Shown piece by piece: positions 61,301 through 64,000 of a stretch of DNA of 64,000 nucleotides. Made by a program: the position numbers and the translations under genes. The stretch spans positions 192,001 to 256,000 of the forward strand of contig JBEKYR010000008.1 in assembly GCA_049510745.1 (NCBI GenBank), written 5' to 3'. The DNA comes from Verrucomicrobiota bacterium (GTDB lineage: Bacteria; Verrucomicrobiota; Verrucomicrobiia; Limisphaerales; Palsa-1400). Below the pieces are notes generated by a model. That model made no database searches and had not been told where the DNA came from. It saw only the letters and a list, made by a program, of their open reading frames with translations. Positions within the stretch are counted from its first letter, which is position 1; every line of letters begins with the position of its first letter.

Positions 61301-63465
61301 GGGCGGCAAATCCGCTGGTGGTGGACGTTTTGAATGAGGCGCAAGTCGTCATCTTCCGCATGTACGCGGTGCCTTCGGCGGCGGACGTGCAGATGTCCAA
61401 AAACGGCCAGTTGAGTTTTTCAATCCAGTTGTTGAACCCCGGCGATGTGCCGCTGACCGGTTTTACCAGTTCGGTTCAGGCCTGGCAACTGTCCGGCACC
61501 AACCAGATTCCAATTGGCACAGTCACGGGAACCAACCAGATTCCGCCGGGTTTTGTGCTGGGTCCCGGCCAGACAGAAACGGTCAACCTGCAATTGTCCG
61601 CCGCCATCAACGCGCCGGATAACGCGCAGGCGCAATTCACGATCACCTCGGCCGAGGGCGCCACGGCCACCCTGACCGCCAGTTTGGATCTGTTCCCGGC
61701 CGTGCCGGTGCTCTCGGTGGTGAATCCGGCGGCGGGCTATTTGGAGGTGAGCCTGAACCGCGGCGACCAGCTTAGCGGCCAGATCACCATCGCCAACAGC
61801 GGGTTGATGGCGTTGCAGGGCATCACGCTTGCGCCGCCGACGAACAGTTGGATGGCGGTCAACCTGCCCGTGGCCAGCGACGGCCGGATTCACCTGCCGG
61901 ATTTGGGGATCGGCCAGTCCAACACCTTTGCCGTCGTGTTCACGCCGCCGACCAATACGGTTCTGGGGTTTTATCAGGACGCGATCACGGTTCAGGGAAC
62001 CAATGCGGCCAGTCCGTTCCCGGTGAATGTCTATGCCCAAGTCACCTCGTCGCAGACGGGCGGCATTCAGTTCGAAGTGGACGACATCCTCGGCGAGCAG
62101 GTGCCCAACGCCGCGATCCGCCTGCACAATAACGCGCTGTTGTCCGACTGGGGACCATTCTACACCGATACCAACGGCTTGGTCACGGTCACCAATTTGC
62201 AGGAGGGCGATTGGAACTGGCAGGTCACGGCCGCCGGCTGCTCGGGCAATGTCGGCACGGTAACGGTCATTGCCGATCAAATCGTTTACCAGCCCACCCG
62301 TCTTTCCCGAAGCCTGGTCACGGTGAACTTCACCGTGGTGCCGGTGCCTTTTACGGATTCATACCAAATCCAGGTGGAACAGACCTATGAAACCTACGTG
62401 CCGGTGGGGGTCCTGGTGCTCGACCCGCCGTACCTGGGTTTCACCAATCTTCCCTCCGGCTTCCAGGCCACATTCACGACGAGCGCGGAAAACCAGGGCT
62501 TGGCGCAAATGACCGATGTGACGTTGACCGGTTCCGAAGCCAACGGCTTTTCCGTAACCCCTTTGATTACTTACATTCCAGTTCTCCTGCCGATGCAGTC
62601 GGTGGAAGTGCCTATGGTCGTGGCTCTGGATTCTCCAGGGGTTGCCGGAGGCCAGAATGCACAGGCACGACAGTCCACCTCCGACTGCGTCAGTGCGCAA
62701 AACATTCAGGACTTCCTAACCGGAGTGATGGTCCTCGCGCAGGCCCTTCAAATGTGCCCCAAAGACAGCGCGCCGGAGACGAGCCTGGCCAATGAAATCC
62801 TCGAGGATGAAATTGAAGAAGCAACCATCGGGGAAAGTTTGGAAGGATCCGTCGCAGGAGCCACTGTGGCAGCCGAATTAGCCGGCGCGCTGATTGGGTG
62901 TGCCCATCCTGGCATCTCCAGTTTCTTCCTGGGGACCGGCGGCTACAGTGGCCCTTCCTACAACACACCGGTTGCTGCGCCAGGTTTTAACTTGCCCAAT
63001 GGCTGTTTCTCCGCCTCCACCTCCGTCCTGATGGGCGATGGAACGGAAAAACCGATCTCGGAGATTCGCATCGGCGACACCGTTCGCAGCGGTCCAAAGC
63101 CGGGAAACATCGCGGTTGTCTATGCCGTCTATTCGCTGACCGCCACCAATTTCCAGGAAATCCGGTTTGTCAGCGCCGACGCGAAGAACGCGAGGAGTTT
63201 GACCGCCACCGACGAGCACCGGTTCTGGGTTGATGGCAAAGGCTGGGTGGCCGCCGGAGTTGTGGCCGCCGGTGACTGGCTGTTCGATTCGTCTGGCCGG
63301 CGCCTCAGCGTGGTTGCCAGCCAGTCCGTGACCCGCAGCATGCCGGCTTATACCTTTAGTCTCGCCGATGACAACGCGTTCTACGCCAACGGCGTTTTGG
63401 TCCATGACCTGTGCGGCGCGCCGCCAGCCGGATCGCGAGTCCGGACATCGGAGGTGGCCAAATGA
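46318..63465 (+). CDS. Giant secreted repeat protein (~5,715 aa): carboxypeptidase-regulatory-like, putative Ig, GloVer choice-of-anchor, CARDB, FN3-like and C-terminal Hint domains
   Basis: Uninterrupted ORF; signal-like N-terminus; TDxNGNY repeats, LPPGL..SGTPT Ig repeats, LYSFTGGNDG..P.AGLVQG.DG.FYGTT repeats, PDL..NQG CARDB repeats; CF...HRFWV...FYANGVLVH Hint. Confidence 0.9.
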   Translation: MRFVKQERFGLSRARLSLAVGTAQMLLLCHLAGAVTFSVTPAAVGNTYNGVITLQVGGLTNNETVVVQKFLDLNTNGVIDAGDWLVQQFNLTDGQPGMVIGGIVNSNVPGDTDTTPGQITAQLNFRNGDMVQNFVGQYAFKLSSPGGHFEPITNFFSVTNFPYAQKFTGNVVSNGTGTTVPNALVLLLGSGNKKALAGAVADNSGGYTIAAPPGTYMPVALKSGYVANFSTPPVLTLSSGQTNTTNLTLLSATASISGQLADANNSSIGLPGILLSARATNGLMGVSFTDGNGNFSVSVQTNLGQWEVAPNESGLIVHGYLELQNKGTSATAGQTNVTLALPRATALFYGSVKDNLGNPMPGLEIYADDNNNVYEGDGYTDANGNYAAVALGGLNNDPWRTQISSDTSPTNYFFSQPDFDWNDGTNISAGEAVLANFTAVLATNTISGSLKDGSGHPLGGIGVEASATINGVYYQLEAVDTDTNGKYSLNVANSTWTVAVLQYGSSDSLPANYFCLSQTVVISNNNATVNLTALFGTNTISGSLKDDSGNPIAGVWVWDNAWINGVTYYQGGKETDANGNYSLNVVNSTWTVGVNSCSDCGDGLPVKYLCPPTQTVVISNNNGTANFTALLATNDITGVVKDSNGNPIGGVGVWANATINGAGYFQYVDADTNGNYSLNVANGSWTVGVECNGGSDSLDNILGSGNYQCPNNQSVGITNNNGVANFAVPLCSGLTITTTSLPAGEVNVYYDQFLQASSCSSTLTWSLLAGSLPPGLTGDPFSGEIYGTATSAGAYDFIVQVIDGNGLRANQALSLTINGGELQVTTTSLSSGTTNVAYTSRQLTARGGQPPYRWSLASGMLPPGMSLSTNGVISGTPTVAGNSNFVVQVTDSVSATATKALSLVIYPFSTSVSFNVTPPAVSNFYTGIITLQVGGLVTGETVLVKKYRDNNGNGLIDAGDSEVQQFQLTDGQASVFYDGTTAVTNFNVAGDLTPADGAITAQLPLALSGSSQMTVAQYAFRLSSPTGRFAPITNLFNVTNSAFAQSFTGNVVCSGTNVPHALACLFIPPFSANITLIASSLADGDGGYRLSAPPGTYLLCAFKSGFVADAGNAPVLALGANATIPTNLSLLPATCSLSGRFVDAANTNAGLPCVHVKGGSANGLVTSGTADGNGNFALPATTDWWGVLGDSQSLDSQGYLGLQSAAIVNANAGSVAGVTIALARGTALVYGAVQDGQNHPLSGVRLSGSQNDGASPYVGDATSDQNGNYAMAVNDAGVWNAGISGNNPAFPNYLWSAGLGDTTFANGQAVQCNFTALVATNYITGSVLDSSNNPITNIQVYGSATIGNQDYNAASAFTDANGNYSLTVASGAWQITLDCDALGWLGYCCPNYPPVIVSGGNAVENFALVLNSEVQVTTTNLPPGYVGSPYDVFLQAAGCQPPFAWSVVSGSLPSGLQLASTGELSGTPNNADAFNFTAQVSDANNNTANQALSLIVNTNTPLEITTVSLLTATQAVFYTATLGASGGQKPYSWSLAPGSGPLPATLSLATNGVLSGTPATNGTFYFYVRATDAIKTTADQLLTLTVNGLTNNPYDSNVTFSVTPSAVSNSYMGAITLEIGGLANGETVVVQKYLDANSNGLVDAGDWLVQQFSLSDGLASMIDGVTNSNIPGDTDTTPGQITAKLNFRNGDFMQNIVGQYAFKLSSPTGRFAPITNLFSVTNFPYAQKFTGNVVSNGTSTTVSNALVLLFPPPRAGKSGPSGSPLAGAVADNSGSYSIQAPPGTYSLCAFKSNYLANFSTMPVLTLGSGATVTTNLALTNATSSISGNLVDANNSSIGLPAILLSAQAANGLMDVSFTDTNGNFTVGVASGQWGLRADDTSLIVHGYLGLQNRTYANAGQTGVALAVPQATALFYGSVKDTLGNPLTGIDVYASDNNDGLYETDGYTDANGNYWAAVLGGLGSDDPWQVDLSSNSRLANYLVSPPGFDSNGGTNMGAGQAALANFTALLATNYVSGSVKDNNGSPIAGVGVWAGTTINGLNYNAQTVDTDTNGNYSVMVGNGTWTIGINFGQCGDCLPGEYLCPPTQSVVISNNNGTANFTALLATNEITGSVTDSSGHPIGGVRLFANGTVGGVSYQSRQDTEGNGSCSLNVANGTWSVGLYCSGSDSDTLDNILGPGNYICPASQNVTITNNNGTASFIVQLCGVTITTTSLPAGQINVYYDQFLQGSSCSGTLSWSLLSGSPPPGLTWNPSSAEINGTPTTAGTYDFTVQVTDGLGHWTNQNFSLYIASSPSPLQVTTASLPNATQGVFYNQQLQASGGQPPYAWSLTPGSGSLPTGLSLATNGVISGAPALHGTFYFYVRVADAASATADRVLSLALQPAATITNGVTLSTWYQFTGGNDGGSPKAGLVQGNDGAFYGTAYSGGTMGDGTVFRIATNGVPIASVSFDYANGGGPEDGLVEGRDGSFYGTTSYGGANGWGALFNATTNGALTALHSFSFGDGGNNPCAGLVQGGDGNLYGTTPYWGTIYFTTNYNGTVFRISTNGAFQSLYSFTGGNDGANPTAQLAQGNDGSLYGTTHDGGSNGSGTVFKISTNGAFQSLYSFTGGNDGGHPLAGLALGSNGIFYGTTTGGGAGGCGTVFGITTNGAFNALYSFTGGNDGNSPYAGLAQGSDGNLYGTTLYGGAVGSGTVFGMTTNGVLATLYSFSGSGDGSQPLGSLLQGSDGCFYGTTSRGGAQDDGTVFRLSLTSAPSPDLAPLSVAAPASVITPQPNAAVQVAWSVTNQGAGQAPGGWCDRVWFSTNGVLDGNSAALGDFFNSQTLPPGGSYRQTNTVTLPLPAIAGGSYTLFVQADVYGQIYEFNKSNNISAGAHGLFTLAPPDLAVLAVNPATNNVVFYPASPQSPTVQLTWAVTNQGAGPAAGNWYDRVCVSTSVSIADGVSSQYFWQDWTSPPFAVGEEYQVTNTIWLPQQSGTYYLIVSVDDGNYIYEADKTNNVLASAPLTVNYQVRPPDLAVVSASAPATVASTQPYPGVQVTWSVTNQGTGVASGGWYDRVWFSTNGVLDGNSRDIGDFYQSQNLAAGGNYQQTNAVILPVTNSLSYTLFVQVDVYDQVYEPNKLNNLSAGVPEAFTLTPLWTIFATNNPPADGYISGTGSYLTGATNVLTAHPNFGYLFVNWTEGANVAGTNLSLTNVVFTNHVFAANYADATPTHVVTTATSPAGLAAVAGAGTYSNGQTAHFSAPLAITNPPSLYTFEQYTEGNNPVSSAAAFSKTFSTFDPASGQYVAVYSASPLLPIVVNVSLNLANPVPATTNFIVTVQFDRSMRTNPSPIIVLTNSAATLQPAVSGNGSWSATALSNDTYSTPPVTFISGMDGTNQIIVSGAQDLAGNVMALTNAGSAIVDATPPPVPVLAVTASNSSSVTVAWAAYAAPPDLSYFRVFFQPTNFTSVAGLPILTSLGSGARSFQFGGLALDTRYYAAVQAVDYAGNASGLSVLPVILPETVPPPVSVQAAPVGADSVLLSWNSYNTAALLGFAGFTLYEAPGNFTSVPGSLVGVPLGPSVQSYQVSGLDRAKTYYFAVVGFNLTNGFNPNVTTAVWSDPYAGNIGIDTTIGGAGQSQVPVYHSIVVVSNATLTLEPGTTLLFAPGASLTVQQGSLAANGTALAPIILDSANDTPGHIPAPGDWGGVILGSGAGSSSLNFVEVLYGGGLTVSGCSPAVSAFTANNNIPCGLALQNGAALTTSDALLTANGIGIQQSDTSALTIQNSVIQNNGTNAVASGSSPLNAASDWWGTAQAGTLAAQLQGNIVYTPFLTYEPVLTPAIGTSNGLTQVGSGLVNLQLACRTAEGMRLSEDYTFTGVFFTPFTNNTTFPLSAGGGLKRVYAQFRSVTGQTNAPLEVDVNYITAGPVIQSFSLAQGQTLNRPLTVTGSATAVLGMQDMEFYVDGVLAGTNAGGNLSQFFDIRALPNAIHEVKLLARDQSGNIATLQNTVIIALTPPPAPVITSPAAGLIVKTNLLSVSGSAEAGMNIQLTRNGQIVGATVADGTGLFTVSNATLVEGLNTLVAVAFDSTGTTPSAARNVIVETIPPAALVMNTPVYAPGTGLNVSWNFPPTGKLAVTFQLFWSQAPFGETNEATGHSIVLTGMADTLQGLSDGLYYFGVVGYDVTGAASPLSALVSTVYDATPPALTVSYSRAPPLGVGPVAISLTSSEALAGTPSLTLQPCGSVSPVLLSLTNVAVNTWQTAFTVTSSTPSGPVAVTASAQDLAGNVFNGVPNGPALAIDTVAPAASITTVPPPPVQTTNNVNVAVSLALTKPAGPGTMPTLSFTTPTGTNIVLTLSGGGSNWSGTLPLTPAAGAGFGQFSFSAQDAVGNVGSNLLAGGQLELYNTALPSAPAAPSGLSATSLAGGYVWLAWNAVSNAQIYRVYREPGTNLVPPAVLDLDHITSNGVADLPPSDGSYRYGVTASRLGSESGISNVVVAVSVRTPPLAPTNVTANLAASGVQISWQEPAGGTTPDHYNVYRNGTLIQTVSSVSPVVDYPPLGTNSYVVAAVDAVGNQNPSAPAVLFLPVAPVSNLAALSIAGQAPVLTWNTGGGSVGCNVYRNGIRQNAALITGTNYTDNLPLSDVVRYAVTAVNGSAQESPPRMVTVYPVRLSLLVNSLGRGADNPLLTGYFDQFQVGVSNLGSSNSLPLQQVQLLRTITGLEPLVVTLGAPTNVSAGTQLQELITVPESSVVAAQSVQVTVFQQTDSAGSTVVYENTFNLTDSRLPGTEIALSVNQLPLVGGVTPFQLQIFNRGYADMEVIVSRAFGAQPGDVFVSVQNSFGQEVSRTALSGLVSGATYLMDGTAYVTIPPGASHILTITNVLVPAALGGATNVTFLGVASEIYNQLETTNQQVSGPLSGSMVSPSLAQTPYYGTAQTDKADYSNNDPILISGQALDRTSGLPVPNVPLNIGFAARGFHWYQSVTTDSDGNYQLTYNPLAGFAGTLTIWAANPLVVDVLNEAQVVIFRMYAVPSAADVQMSKNGQLSFSIQLLNPGDVPLTGFTSSVQAWQLSGTNQIPIGTVTGTNQIPPGFVLGPGQTETVNLQLSAAINAPDNAQAQFTITSAEGATATLTASLDLFPAVPVLSVVNPAAGYLEVSLNRGDQLSGQITIANSGLMALQGITLAPPTNSWMAVNLPVASDGRIHLPDLGIGQSNTFAVVFTPPTNTVLGFYQDAITVQGTNAASPFPVNVYAQVTSSQTGGIQFEVDDILGEQVPNAAIRLHNNALLSDWGPFYTDTNGLVTVTNLQEGDWNWQVTAAGCSGNVGTVTVIADQIVYQPTRLSRSLVTVNFTVVPVPFTDSYQIQVEQTYETYVPVGVLVLDPPYLGFTNLPSGFQATFTTSAENQGLAQMTDVTLTGSEANGFSVTPLITYIPVLLPMQSVEVPMVVALDSPGVAGGQNAQARQSTSDCVSAQNIQDFLTGVMVLAQALQMCPKDSAPETSLANEILEDEIEEATIGESLEGSVAGATVAAELAGALIGCAHPGISSFFLGTGGYSGPSYNTPVAAPGFNLPNGCFSASTSVLMGDGTEKPISEIRIGDTVRSGPKPGNIAVVYAVYSLTATNFQEIRFVSADAKNARSLTATDEHRFWVDGKGWVAAGVVAAGDWLFDSSGRRLSVVASQSVTRSMPAYTFSLADDNAFYANGVLVHDLCGAPPAGSRVRTSEVAK

Positions 63466-64000
63466 GATATTTGCCTGACTTCGGGTGTCGTTTCCGGGCG
63501 GGTGTTCTGCTCCTGCTCTTGTTGCCTTGGACCGGCGCGGCCCAGGAGCAACAACAGGGACTCTGCGCCCAGGTCAAGATCATGATTTCGCAGCAAATGA
63601 CCCTGGAACGGATCGGCTTTCAGGCCACCCTGCAAATCACGGACAATGACCCGAACGATCCGATCACTGGGTTTGCCGCCAATCTGACCTTTGAGAATCC
63701 CGCCCTCTCCACCAACGGAACGGTCAACGATTCCTCCAGCCTGTTCTTCGTCCAGCCGCCGACCCTGCAAAACGTGGCCAGCGTCAACGGCAGCGGCGTC
63801 TTCTCGCCGGGGCAGACCGCGACGATCGTCTGGTTCATTATCCCCACGACCAATGCCGGCGGCATGAGTCCCAACGGCGTTGTCTATAATGTCGGGGCCA
63901 AGTTGAGCGGGCAGATTCGCGGGGTGGATATCCCCGCCTCCAGCCTGACGGTCTATCCGGCGCCGATCACCGTCCAACCCGACGCCCAGCTTGCCATCAC
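63462..64000 (+). CDS. Secreted protein (3' truncated), translationally coupled to the giant protein
   Basis: ATGA overlap, GGAGG RBS, signal peptide, then LCAQVKIMISQQMTLERIGF; frame open to the window end and absent from the ORF track. Confidence 0.85.
   Translation, partial: MRYLPDFGCRFRAGVLLLLLLPWTGAAQEQQQGLCAQVKIMISQQMTLERIGFQATLQITDNDPNDPITGFAANLTFENPALSTNGTVNDSSSLFFVQPPTLQNVASVNGSGVFSPGQTATIVWFIIPTTNAGGMSPNGVVYNVGAKLSGQIRGVDIPASSLTVYPAPITVQPDAQLAI

Noticed and set aside
63004..63465. Polymorphic toxin (pretoxin-Hint plus toxin and immunity gene)
   Set aside because: Only 18 residues follow the Hint and the next gene is a secreted protein rather than a small immunity protein

Overview
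GC-rich bacterial window, most likely Verrucomicrobiota. This is inferred from RNase HIII, GloVer-type repeats and the style of the intergenic short repeats. Housekeeping-like blocks: cusB/cusA, marC, GNAT and an FAD oxidoreductase; mutY, rnhC, STAS, holA and DUF151; an HDOD cluster; a tandem NDK; acyl-CoA ligases; a radical SAM enzyme; and a complete N-type ATPase operon. Accessory patches lie between them. (i) 7.6-15.5 kb: interleaved direct repeats, a dead ISL3, a PIN/Phd toxin-antitoxin pair, a Schlafen/AlbA_2 gene and a tRNA-Lys fragment resembling an att scar. (ii) 27860-30039: a 2.18-kb transposase-less cassette bounded by IS1-like 19-bp terminal inverted repeats, carrying a 96-nt CCA-ending tRNA-like gene with a 9-bp acceptor/3-bp T-stem fold, a G3·U pair and a UUA-containing loop. 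This is the best candidate for an undescribed system. (iii) A yhcG/DUF1016 gene containing five 25-bp palindromes. (iv) A GT4/TIR/cyclase/GH130 mosaic. The last 18 kb encode a ~5,700-aa secreted repeat protein ending in a Hint domain with an atypical His-Asp end, translationally coupled to a second secreted protein that runs off the window. All calls come from reading the sequence and translations; no searches were run.
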